Shown piece after piece: positions 24,850-36,039 of a stretch of DNA of 64,000 nucleotides. Both the position numbers and the translations under genes were made by a program. Origin of the DNA: Mustelus asterias (taxonomy: Eukaryota); assembly GCF_964213995.1 (NCBI RefSeq), contig NW_027590154.1, positions 372,001-436,000 on the forward strand, in the 5' to 3' direction. The notes under the pieces were generated by a model. The model ran no database searches. It had not been told where the DNA came from and saw nothing but the letters and a program-made list of their open reading frames with translations. Position 1 is the first letter of the stretch. Every line of letters begins with the position of its first letter.

Positions 24850-25682
24850 ATTACATCAGATCAGACATTGGCAAAGAAACCTGCTGATTCCCGCGTGCCT
24901 CTGCTGATGTGTCTACACTCCTCCATGTTGAACAACACATGGAGGAAGGACTGAGGATTGCGAGGGTGCAGAATGTACAATGGTAGGGGGACTTCAATAT
25001 CCATCGCTACGACTCTCTCGCTAGCACATAGCAAGATATAAGTGCTAGACTGGCAACTACCAAGAGGGAATAATGCATACTTGACCTCACCCTCAGCAAG
25101 CTGACTGTCGCAGCTGCACCACCAGAGCAGTATCAGTAGGACTGGCCACATAAAATCCTTGTGGACACAAAGTCCTGTTTTCACATTGAGCTACGCTCCA
25201 TCTTGTAGTGCGGCACCGTCACCGGACCGAATAGAATAGATTTCGAGCAGATCTAGCAACTCATTGCTCGGCATCCATGAAGCACTATGGGCCATCAGCA
25301 GCAGAATTGTACTCAAACACAATCTGTAACCTCATGGCCCAGCATGTCCCCTGCATTGACATTAGCAAACGAGGGAGTTACACTGGTCAATGAAGACTTT
25401 AGAAGGCAATCCCAGCAGCAACACCCGGCGTCCCTATAAATGAGTTGTCAATCTGCTGAAGATAAGGCTAAACCATTGGCAACAATCTTCATCCACAGGT
25501 ATCGAGTGGGTGATGCATCTCGACCTCCTCCGGAGGTCCCCAGCATCAGTGATGTCAGTCTTCATCCAGTTTGATTAACTCCACGTGACTTCAGGACCGG
25601 CTGAAGGCACTGGATGCTGCAAAGGCTATGGGCCCTGGAAATATCCCGGCAATATTACTGAAGACTTGTGCTCCAGAACTAA
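24850..25682 (+). mobile_element. Degenerate non-LTR retrotransposon fragment (endonuclease to RT linker)
   Basis: GGGGACTTCAAT (GDFN) and AAGGCTATGGGCCCTG (KAMGP) remnants. Confidence 0.6.
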
Positions 25683-26497
25683 CCACTAACGGTGGTAAAT
25701 AAGAAAAAGTGATTTGTTAAATTGAGGGTATTTAAAGAAATATCAGGTACAACGTCAGTAATTTCAGTCACTGATTTCTCGATTACAACATTCCTCTGGA
25801 CCACCAATAAGTACACTTAGACCTGAAGTCCGTTGTGTCATTTTCCTTTTTGTCACCTGGGTCATGTATTGAATGAGTCGCTGCTGTTAAATGAATTGGC
25901 CGCAGTGATATTCATCTCATTCAGCCGGTATACTATTGATATTGCAAGGGTAGGACTGCAATCTACTGCCCAAGAGAAAGCTCTGGGACCCTGCACCGGG
26001 TTGTAAGCGACAGACAGATCTCCCTCAGTCACATTTAGTAGCCAGAGTGGATTCCGGAGTGTTGTAAATTTGAGCTTGTTAAAAACTATCAGAAGTGACA
26101 GAGTTCTTGATGTTGACGTGCCCCTTTCAATCAATAATCTCCCAGATGCTGTCAACTCCCACATCACATCTAACACGAGCACCCGCACCCCACGCTTCAC
26201 CACCCTTTACCCCGAACCCACTGCCCACCCCCCCCCCCCACCCCCGCCCCGCACGAGCTTCGCCCCGCTATCCTTGTCCCGCTGACCGCCGACTCCATCA
26301 GGTCTCACAGACATTTTTCCCGGGACTGACCTGGACCCGACTCCAGAATCACATCCAGCTCCCAACTCGAAATCTGTAACGGATGATTTTCCACAGGAAG
26401 ATTGGATTGGATTGAAACGAGACAGATCACAATGATAAAGTGATCGGGAACATTAAACGATAAAATCTGTAACACGGCGGGGTTTGGAACCACTTAC

Positions 26498-26550
26498 CGG
26501 CTGTGACAGTCACCACCGTCCCGGATCCATCTCCAGAATCATCATCGGCC
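26498..26550 (-). other. NAR-TCR J segment (IgNAR/IgH-like), inverted
   Basis: Encodes ADDDSGDGSGTVVTVTA with a GxGT motif and a phase-1 donor G|GTAAGT. Confidence 0.92.
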
Positions 26551-26589
26551 CACAGTGGCACCGCTCTCAGTCTCCTCAGTACAAGATCC
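26551..26589 (-). other. 23-RSS of the J segment
   Basis: On the + strand: CACAGTG (26551-57), 23 bp, ACAAGATCC (26581-89). Confidence 0.9.
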
Positions 26590-26900
26590 ACCGACATCTC
26601 AATCTGCCGGGAAATCATCACCACTCATTCAGTAGTGTCCAATTTTTGGGGGGATTTAAAATTAATAAATAATATTCATTGTTTCAAAGTCTCTGTCCGT
26701 TCAAATTGTACTTTGTGAGGTCCGAGTTCTCAGTAAATGGCCGCAGGAAGGAAATATTCACTTCATACATCGCAAAAAAAATTAAAGAAAGATGGGAATG
26801 GTGGGGATTACAGTAACAGTAGTCCAGATTACAGCGAAAATAACATCAAATCAATGATTCACTATCTGGGCCCTGAGAATTTATATTGTAATTGTGCACA

Positions 26901-26967
26901 GGTATTTGCTCAGCTCCTTTTCACTGTGCACAGTGATACAGAACACGGAGAGAGCTGTACAAAAACC
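26901..26967. other. Precise 12/23 RSS signal joint
   Basis: GGTATTTGC, 12 bp, CACTGTG (26922-28) fused directly to CACAGTG (26929-35), 23 bp, ACAAAAACC (26959-67). Confidence 0.95.
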
Positions 26968-27150
26968 TGAACATGGCGAGGATGACAGACACAGTGATAC
27001 AGAACACGGAGAGTGCTGCACAAAAACCTGAACATGGCGAGGATTACAGACACAGTGATACAGAACACGGAGGGAGCTGCACAAAAACCTGAACATGGTG
27101 AGGATTAGAGACACAGTGATACAGAACACGGAGAGAGATGTGCTGAAAAC
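26929..27150 (+). repeat. 61-bp tandem repeat whose unit is a 23-RSS plus a 22-bp linker (3 complete, 1 degenerate)
   Basis: Heptamers at 26929, 26990, 27051 and 27112. ACAAAAACC nonamers at 26959, 27020 and 27081. Confidence 0.95.
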
Positions 27151-27627
27151 TTAGTCCTACTCCTTGTCCAACAGGTTCAAGATTCTTGCTCCTGCTGTTG
27201 ACGAGGGTGAGGACTGTAGGACAGATGAGCGAAGTGGCCACAGTACCGTGGGCCAGGGAGCCATTCAAGTGGGGTAGGAAGGAGGAATCTAGTCGTAATC
27301 GGCGATCGTATAGTTAGGGGCACAGACAATGTTCTCTGTGACCAGGAGCGATAGTCCTGTAGATTGTGTTGCCCCCTGGTGCCAGGTTTCGGGTCACCTC
27401 CTCAGGACTGCAGAGAATTCGGAATGGGAGGGGGAAAATCCAGTTGTCATTTTTGACGTATGTACGAATGACATAGGCAGAACAAGGATGCACATTCTGC
27501 TAAGGGAAGATGAATAGCCAGGTTCTAAACTCAAAATCATAACCAAAAAGGTAATAATCTCTGGATTAATTTCTGAGCCATGAGCTAACTGGGACACGAT
27601 TAATGAGATTAAAGAGGTAAACGTTTG

Positions 27628-28545
27628 TGTACGGGAAAAAATTCTAATAGGTTAGTAAAGATTTTTAGACATTTAGAAATTAGGACACTGACAGAACTAC
27701 CAGCATTAAGGTAAATGACTTTAAAACAGATTTATAAAGTAACACGAAAGCAGTTTGCACACATATGAAATGCAGTAAGAGATTTAAACAAGTGATTATG
27801 ATTTAAAGATTTGAATGTATTAATATATTTTTAAGAATCATTGTTCACTTTAGCCAAAGGCAGTATGCTGCGAAGCATTATGGTAAAGGGTATTAGGGCA
27901 GAGCCATATTCTAAAAAAATATTAAAGCCTTGAGAATATGCAAGTTTCATCAGTAGAGCTTCGAATGGATAGAACATTCAGAACACTTAAACAAATTTTA
28001 TGAATAGGGTATATTCACTGTCCAGATAAAATGGATGCATGCCCAAACGTGGAGTCAAGTTTTAATCTGGTTTGGCAGTGACCTGTAGAGGAACTCATTG
28101 GAACGTGCCCTTTGAACTTTGGGGCTGGTGTCTGGTTACTATGGGATACAGAAATCTGGGTTAGCCAAGGCAGGAGTTTGCGTCTGAATTCTAAGGACTA
28201 AGGAACTGCCATTTTGCCAGAAGGTAAGATGTGATTGGCAAAGGTATCTAATATAAATTATTTCTGGTTTAAGTATATTGAAGATGATTGATTTAAAGCT
28301 AATGAAAGGCGGGAGTAATTAATAAGGAAAACTATAATTGGCCTGATTTGAATTGTATACGTCAGATTTCATTGGAGAGGACTAGATGCTCTATATCAGA
28401 GCCGCCCTGACCTTTTAATTATTTCTCTTGGTGGCCGCTGGTCAAAATAAAGGTTACGTCTTTAAACTGAGACACTGGCTTCGTCGGTCTTGTTTTGTCT
28501 GAGATTTACTGACGGTATCTGACCATCTCGAAAAATCAACCAACA
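27628..28545 (+). mobile_element. Solo LTR, about 918 bp, inserted in CR1 ORF1
   Basis: TGT...ACA ends, near-TSD GTTTG/GTGTG, ATTGG boxes, AATAAA at about 28446. The host CR1 is collinear across it. Confidence 0.65.
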
Positions 28546-29319
28546 GTGTGGCTCATAGTTTCATGTGGGAGAAATGTGTTCGAATTCATGGAATATTAGC
28601 ACCAGTATTTGTGCAGGAAGGAGCTGTTGCATCGGTGCGGACTCAATCTGAATCATGCTGGCGAATAACTAGGGCTGTAGATAGGGCTTTAAACTAAATA
28701 GTGGGGTCAGGAGGAATCAGTGTTCAGTTCCATGTAATAATAAAAAAAATCGAAGTTAAAGGAGAAGGTTGGACTGAAGGTTAACGATGAAACTGATTGT
28801 TACCAGAAAATAAAAGGAAGGGACAGAACGTGTGGACATCATAGGGCACCAGGAAATCGTGCAAGAATAGGGAAATTTGATAACAGAACAAACTTAAAGG
28901 CTTTGTACCTCACTGCACGAAACTTTGGGAATAAAATTAATGAGTTAATTGTACAAATTTAGAGAAATGTGTATGAATTCATGGCGATTACTGAGACATG
29001 GTTGCAGGCAAAACAAGATTTGGGAATTGAATATCCAAGGGTACTTAATATTTCAGACGGATAGACAGAAACGAAATGAGATGCTGTAGTAATATTTAGG
29101 TCCCCAATCAGTCGTTTGGCAGTGAAGCATAGTATAAATGAGGAAATATTGGGGGCTTGTAAGAAAGGTACGTCAATAATCATGGATGATTTTAATATGC
29201 ATGTAGAGTGGATTTATCAAATTGGCAAGGGTAGCCTCGAGGGAAAGTTCATTGAATGTATTAGAGATTGTTTCTTGCAGAAATATGTTGTGGAACCAAC
29301 GAAAGAGCAGACCAATCTT

Positions 29320-30532
29320 GATTTTCCACCCAATGTGGTGGACACGGCTCTCAGCCGTGTCCCACACATCTCCCAGGCTACTGCTGTTACACTCTCTCCC
29401 CCCTCCCAAAACCAGGATAGGATCCGCTTTATACTCACTTTCCAGCTCACACGCCTCCGCATTAAAAGAATCATCCTCCGCCATTTCTGCCAACACCTGC
29501 ATAATGTTACCTTTCAACCCAATTTCCCCTCACTCCCCTTGCCAGTATTTCACAGGGATCATTCCCTCCGGGGCACCCTTTTCCACTTCTTCATCACACC
29601 TAGCAACTCACCCACCGCCAGTGGCACCTTTCCATGCTACCATAGAAAATGCTACACCTGCCCCTTCTTCTGCTCCCTCCTCAGCATCTTAGGCCCCAAA
29701 ATCTCTTTCCCGGTGTAGGAGCGCTTCACGTGCATCTCCTTTAATCTCGTCTATGGCATTTGCTGCTCGCGATGGTGCCTAATCTACATTGTAGAGAACA
29801 ATGCAGAGTGATTTGCAGAATAATTCTGGTCTGTCTGCAAGCAGGACTCAGATCTTCCTGCAGCTTCGACACACCACCCTGCTTTCCTATCCACAGTCTG
29901 TCCTTGCCCTCTTCCAATGTTCCAGTGAAGCCCAACGTAAAATGAAGGAACAGCACTTCATCTTCAGATTAGACAAATTACAGCCTTCCGGACTGAGGAT
30001 TGAGTTCAACAATTTCAGAGCATGAACTCTCTACTCCACCTCCACGCCATCTTCTTTTCATCGCATTCGTCCATTTTTAAAATTATTTTCTACTTTTATT
30101 TCTATTTATCAACATCTAAAATATCGCTTTTCATTTTACTTCATCTACCCACCCCTCTCCCCATTCCACTAAGGATAACTGCCACATTCATAGACCATAG
30201 ACTGTGCACTTTCAGTTCTGCCATTTACACATTCCAATCTCTTAATGGACGCTCTTAGCAACATTCTCAGCCTTGATCATCACCATTTACATTCCCTTTG
30301 TCGTTTTGTCTATGCTATTTGTTTCAATTATAGTTCCCCACCCCCAGAAAAAACCCACACTCACAGTATAAATCTTGTCCAACTTTCCTTGTCTTCAGCT
30401 CTGAGGAAGGGTCACCCTGACTCGAAATGTTGGCTCGATTCTCCCTCCACAGATGCTGTAAGATCTGCTGAGATTTTTTGAGCATTTTCTGTGTTTCTTT
30501 CAGATCCCAGCATCAGCAGTATTTTTTTTATT
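29320..30532 (+). mobile_element. Penelope-like element 3' fragment
   Basis: TFPCYHRKCYTCP Cys motif, EQHFIFRL..LQPSGL.IEF C-terminus typical of PLE GIY-YIG ORFs, and a tail with a CTGAGGA...GAAA hammerhead-like core. Confidence 0.75.
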
Positions 30533-31756
30533 ATAGGGAGCATACTATTCTGGATTTGGCATTCTGTAATCAGCAGGGATTAAATAATGATCTAATAGTT
30601 AAGGATCCTCTAGCCAAGAGTGATCTTAGTTAGATAGAATTCCAAATTCAGTTTGAGGACGAGAAACTCGAGGCCCACACTAGACTTCTGCAGTTAAACA
30701 CAGGGAATTACGAAGACATGAGGAAAAAATTGGCCCGAGTGGACTGGGAAAGAAGACTAAAAGACAGGACAGTTGATGATCAGTGGAAAATGCTGAAGGG
30801 GACAATTAATTCCTCCCAACTAAAATACATTCCCATGAGGAATACAGACTGTAAGAGGGGGAGAAATATCCATGGCTAAGCAAGGAAGCTAAAGATAGCA
30901 TGAAAAGAAAAGCTAATGCATATCATTTTGCAAAGGCCTGTGGCAGACGGGAGGATTGGGAAACTTGTAATGATCAACAATGGGTTACTGAAAAGTAACA
31001 AAAAGATCAAAGGTAAATTATGAAAGAAAACACGCACAACATTTAAAGAAGTACTGCAAAAGCATCTTAAATACCTAAAAGTGAAGAGTGGAGCGAATGT
31101 GATTGTTGGACCCTTGGAGGATTCGGCTAGGGAATTAATCGTGGGGGAAATAGAAATGGTGGAAACTCTCAATCAATAGCTTGCTTCAGTTATCACGCTG
31201 GGCAACTCGAGCACCATCACAATAGCAACAGGAAATGCAGAGGTAATAGAAAGGAAGGAACTGAGAAAAATCATGATCAATAGTGAAAAAGTGTTAAGCA
31301 AACAGTTGGGATTGAAGACAGTCAAGTCCCCAGGGCCGAATGGCCTACAGCCTATGGTCTAAAAGAAAGTGACAGTAGGCACATTGGTTATAATCGTCCA
31401 AAATTTCCTGGATGTGGGAACGGTTCCAGTGGGTTGGAAAAAAGATAATATAATGCCCATATTCAAAGCGGGAAGGAGACAGAAGGTATAAAACCAGACA
31501 CCAGCTAGTTTGACACCTGTCGTTCTAAAGTTATTAGAATCCATTTTTAAGATTGTAGTAACGGGACAATTAGAATGTCAAAATGCAATCCATTAGGGTC
31601 AGCATGGTTTTACGAAGGGCAAATCGTTTTGACTAATTTGCTAGAGTTCTTCGAAGATGTAACAAGCAAAGTGGACACTGGGGATCCTGTAGATATGGTA
31701 TATCTATATTTTCAGAGGGCATTTGTTAAGGTACCATACCTTGAAATGCAAGATAG

Positions 31757-31890
31757 TGTGTGTGTGTGTGTGTGTGTGTGCGTGCGCGCGTCCGAGTGTG
31801 TGTGTGTGTATGTATGTGAAATAAGAAGAGAGTCCAACAGAGGGAGATTGCTGTAAGTGAGAGACTCTGTGTGTGTCTGTGTGCTTGTGT
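31757..31890. repeat. (TG)n microsatellite
   Basis: Direct reading. Confidence 0.9.
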
Positions 31891-32048
31891 TTGGGTATGA
31901 CTGCCTTCTTGCGAGTCTTGCCTTTTCGCTGCAATTAATCTTTTACACCGTGCCGCTATTTAATGATCACAGCCGTGTGTCACCACTAGATCACTACTGT
32001 GTTCCAAAGCAAAGCAGGAGATTGCTGATGGAGAAATTCTTATTTCTT

Positions 32049-32062
32049 CCATCAGGTGGCAG
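32049..32062 (+). promoter_or_regulatory. Candidate CTCF site
   Basis: CCATCAGGTGGCAG, one mismatch to the core CCASYAGRKGGCRS. Confidence 0.5.
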
Positions 32063-32690
32063 GAAAGCCAACAAAATGTTACCCTCACCCCCCCCCCCCC
32101 CACCCCCCCCCCCCCCCCCCCCCCCCGCCCCTCTCTCTCTCTCTCTTAGTGTCTCTGTTTCACTGTCCTCTATCACGCTCTTATCTCTCAATGTCAATGC
32201 CTCTGTCAATGTGCTCGGTCTCACTTCCATTACAGTGGACACAGTGACAACCCGGTCTCACATGCTGCTCCTAATTCAAGCTTCTCAATTGGTTCATTCA
32301 GTAGCTTTTTCGATGACCGTTGCATTCTCCATTGACTCCACTCTTATTACCTAGATTTTGGTAACACATCCTTTACAAACAAGCTGGCTTTATAGTTCCT
32401 ATTTCAGTGGACTTCGAATAACTGCACTTCCTCTTCAGGCCTGTTCCTCACTATAAAGAAGCGAGTCAAGATATATTGCACTATTCTAACCATTGCAAAT
32501 ACAACTTGCAGATGGATCACCCACGAGGGTTAAATACCTTCATTCTAGCAGCAATCATCTCAGGTGAGTAACACTTCAGATTCTCATTGATTACCTCTCA
32601 AGAAAGTCTTTTATTCTTCCACATTGAATGTTTTTTTTTTGGAGAAAAAGTCGAGCAATTTTCGCAGTGGCTGAATTTAATTAATTATTA

Positions 32691-32990
32691 GGGGCGGCAT
32701 TTTGGCACAATGTTTAGCACTGTTGCCTCACAGCGCCAGGGACCCGTATTTGATTACCAGCTTGGGTCACTGTGCAGAGTCTGCATGTTTCTCTCATGTC
32801 TGCGTGAGTTTGCTCTGGGTGCTCTGGTTTCCTCCTGCAGTCCGAAAGACGTGCTGATTAGGTGCACTGGCCGTGCTAATCCCTCCCTCAGTGTAACCGA
32901 ACAGGCGCTGGAGTGTGGCGACTGGCAGATTTTCACAGTAACTTCATTGCAAAGTTAATGTAAGCCTACTTGTGACACTGACAAATCAAC
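32691..32990 (+). mobile_element. tRNA-derived V-SINE-type element
   Basis: A/B-box head and V-domain core. Same variant as 60541-60819. Confidence 0.8.
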
Positions 32991-34431
32991 TTAATTTAGT
33001 TATTCTCATTGATTTCGTTTCAATAAATTATTTTATATTCTTATATTTAATGTTGATCTTTCGAGACAAGTACACAGCAATATTACTTTTGACTGAGTTT
33101 ACTTAATGATTGGAATTTTACAAATAGTTATTTAAAAACTTCAGGAGTGAGAAAAGGCAAACCTATCATAGATATGAACAGTTCACCAAACACTCCTTCG
33201 ACACTGCCTTCCGAACCCAAAACATCCAGCACTTGGAAATAAATTTGATGCATATGGACACGAAAAGCATCGCCTGCAGTATTCCCTCCAATCCACACAC
33301 ATCCATGAAGCTAAAATCACCTTTCTGCGACTGTCGCTGGGTCAAAACCATGGGGGACATCACTTTCCCCCTAAAAGTACTGTTGAGTGTACCTTGTGCA
33401 CGTGGACACACAGCACTCCAGGAAGGCAGCTCCTCACTCTCTTCTCAAGGGGGGCAATTAAGCAGGGGCAGTAAATACTGGCTCAGTCTCGCGACTCATA
33501 TCCCAGGACAGAACAAATCACAGAGTCGATAGTGTGGGATTTAGGCGAAGCATGTTTTAATTCCTTAAGTGAATGGTGAGAACGTGGAACTGTAGAACAT
33601 GGAATATGTGACATGAACAGTGTTTATACATCACAGGGAGGCTTTCAGGTGGAGAGAAAGAGTAATAGGCGTCAAATCTGATAGTTTGAGGTGGAGTTGG
33701 GGTGAATAAACGCCAGCAAAAGCCCATGGGCCGAATGGCCTGTTTCTGCGTTAACAAATTTGAAATGCTGCCATCGAATTAAAAACATGGTCGGGTATCA
33801 ACTCAAATTCCATCCCACACCTCATTTGGTTTTGGATATATGTTGTAGATATTGATCTAGCCAGACTTTAATCCTTCAAGTCTCTGGCCAGGCGGCACAC
33901 CAAGGAGCACCGCCCTCCAGCTCAGCTTCGTGCAATGGTACTGATGCACTCACAGGGCAAAACCGCGACTGCCGCCTACCTCCAGTGTCAGCACGATGCC
34001 TACAGAGGAAGCTGGGGCCACCCTCCATTGGGCCGACCCTATCCTCCCCCTCCCCCGCACCTCCCCAGCTTCAAATCGGTAGAGTGGTTGGAACCTCCAC
34101 TTAATTCTAATTTTCTCTACCCTTCAGGTAGCCTGACTGCATCCGCAGTCATCCACCAGCCAGAGGCAGAGGTGAGGGTCCAACAGGGAGCCACCATGAC
34201 CATCGCCTGCTTCTACACAGAGGTGGAGAGGGCTTGTTTGGTCTCGTGCCGGGAACCTCTCCACCCAGCCATGGGAGGGAGTCCCGAGTATATTCTCATG
34301 CGCTGCACCGACGGTTTCAGCGACAGCGCCACAATTTCCAGGCGTCGCTTTTCCTCCTCCCTGAGCAAAACTTACAGAATCATCAGTCTGACAGTTGCAC
34401 CGGTGACAGCTGAGGTCTCCAGGAAATACTT

Positions 34432-34555
34432 CTACATAAGAACATAAGAAATAGGAGCAGGAGTAGGCCATCTAGACCCTCGAGCCTGCCCCGCCATTCA
34501 ATAAGATCATGGCTGATCCACTTACCCGCCTGCTCCCCATAACCCTTAATTCCCC
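34432..34555 (-). mobile_element. Very short CR1 3' insertion inside the V exon
   Basis: (CATAAGAA)n tail, flanked by TACTT repeats at 34427-31 and 34556-60. Confidence 0.8.
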
Positions 34556-34654
34556 TACTTTTGCGTCTTAAACACAGACACTGGCGCATCCCGGGCAGCA
34601 GTCTCTACATAAACTGCACGTTCCTCTCCCAGGCAATGGAAACTCTCGGCATGA

Positions 34655-35982
34655 TTGGAAGGGATTATAAGAGATCGGATTTATAATCACCTAGAAAGGA
34701 ATAATTTGATTAGGGATAGTCAGCACGGTTTTGTGAAGGGTAGGTCGTGCCTCACAAACCTTATTGAGTTCTTTGAGAAGGTGATCAAAGAGGTGGATGA
34801 GGGTAAAGCGGTTAGTGTGGTGTATATGGATTTCAGCAAAGCGTTTGATAAGGTTCCCTAGGTAAGCTTTTGCAGAAAATACGGACACATGGGATTGAGG
34901 GTGATACAGTGGTTTGGATCAGGAATTGGCTAGCTGTAAGAAGACAGAGGGTGGTGGTTGATGGGAAATATTCATCCTGGAGTTCAGTTACTAGTGGTGT
35001 ACCGCAAGGATCTGTTTTGGGGCCACTGCTGTTTGTCATTTTTATTAATGACCTGGATGAGGGCGTAGAAGGATGGATTAGTAAATTTGCGGATGACACT
35101 AAAGTCGGTGGAGTTGTAGACAGTGCGAAGGGAAGTGGCAGGTTACAGAGGGACATAGATAAGCTGCAGAGCTGGGCTGAGAGGTGGCAAATGGAGTTTA
35201 ATGCGGAAACGTGTGAGGTTATTCACTTTGGAAGGAGTAACAGGAATACAGAGTACTGGGCTACTGGTAAGATACTTGGTAGTGTGGATGAACAGAGGGA
35301 TCTGGGTGTCCATGTGCATAGATCCCTGAAAGTTGGCACCCAGGTTGATAGGGTTGTTAAGAAGGCGTACGGTGTGTTAGTTTTTATTGGTAGAGGGATT
35401 GAGTTTCAGAGCCAGGAGGTCATGCTGCAACTGTACAAAACTCTGGTGCGGCCGCACTTGGAGTATTGCGTACAGTTCTGGTCGCCACATTATAGGAAAG
35501 ATGTGGAAGTGTTGGAAAGGGTGCAGAGGAGATTTATCAGGATGTTGCCTGGTATGGTGGGAAAATTGTATGAGGAAAGGCTGAGGTACTTGAGGTTGTT
35601 TTCGTTAGAGAGAAGAAGTTTAAGAGGTGACTTAATAGAGGCATACAAGATGATCAGAGGATTAGAGAGGGTGGATAGTGAGAGCCTTTTTCCTCGGATG
35701 GTGATCGCTAACACGAGGGGGCATAACTTTAAATTGAGGGGTGAGAGATATAGGACAGATGTTCGAGGTAGGTTCTTTTCTCAGAGAGTAGTAAGGGCGT
35801 GGAATGCCCTGCCTGCAGCAGTAGTGGACTCGTCAACAGTAAGAACATTCAAATGGTTATTGGATAAACATATGGATGATATTGGAATAGTGTCGATTAG
35901 ATGGGCTTTAGATTAGTTTCACTGGTCGGCGCAACATCGAGGGCCGAAGGGCCTGTACTGCGCTGTAATGTTCTATGTTCGA
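34655..35982 (+). mobile_element. CR1 RT 3' fragment
   Basis: 348-aa ORF, highly similar to 13855-15180. Confidence 0.93.
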
Positions 35983-36039
35983 TGTCGTCGCATTGTCCAA
36001 TGTCGGTGTTGTAGAATTCCAGCATGAACACGGGGATGG

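Larger units (their letters stand above)
27155..31740 (+). mobile_element. Degenerate long CR1 (ORF1 esterase remnant and ORF2), interrupted by an LTR and a Penelope-like element
   Basis: EWEGENPVV similarity to ORF1 at 46956-47890, plus endonuclease and RT remnants to 31740. Confidence 0.8.
32512..34615 (+). pseudogene. TCR alpha/delta V pseudogene (putative leader 32512-32563, V exon 34128-34576 interrupted by a CR1 tail, degenerate RSS)
   Basis: Leader MDHPRGLNTFILAAIISG|gtgagt. V reads SAVIHQPEAEVRVQQGATMTIAC...SPEYILMR...RFSSSLSK...ISLTV...[insert]YFCVL. FR2 Trp is lost. RSS is GACACTG, 23 bp, ACATAAACT. Confidence 0.75.

Noticed and set aside
26890-26903. AATTGTG|CACAGGT resembling a second signal joint
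   Set aside because: Both heptamers are degenerate and I found no convincing nonamers at proper spacing. It overlaps the nonamer of the real 12-RSS.
26929-27150. CRISPR-like repeat/spacer appearance
   Set aside because: Eukaryotic context, the linkers are near-identical rather than unique, and the unit is an RSS.
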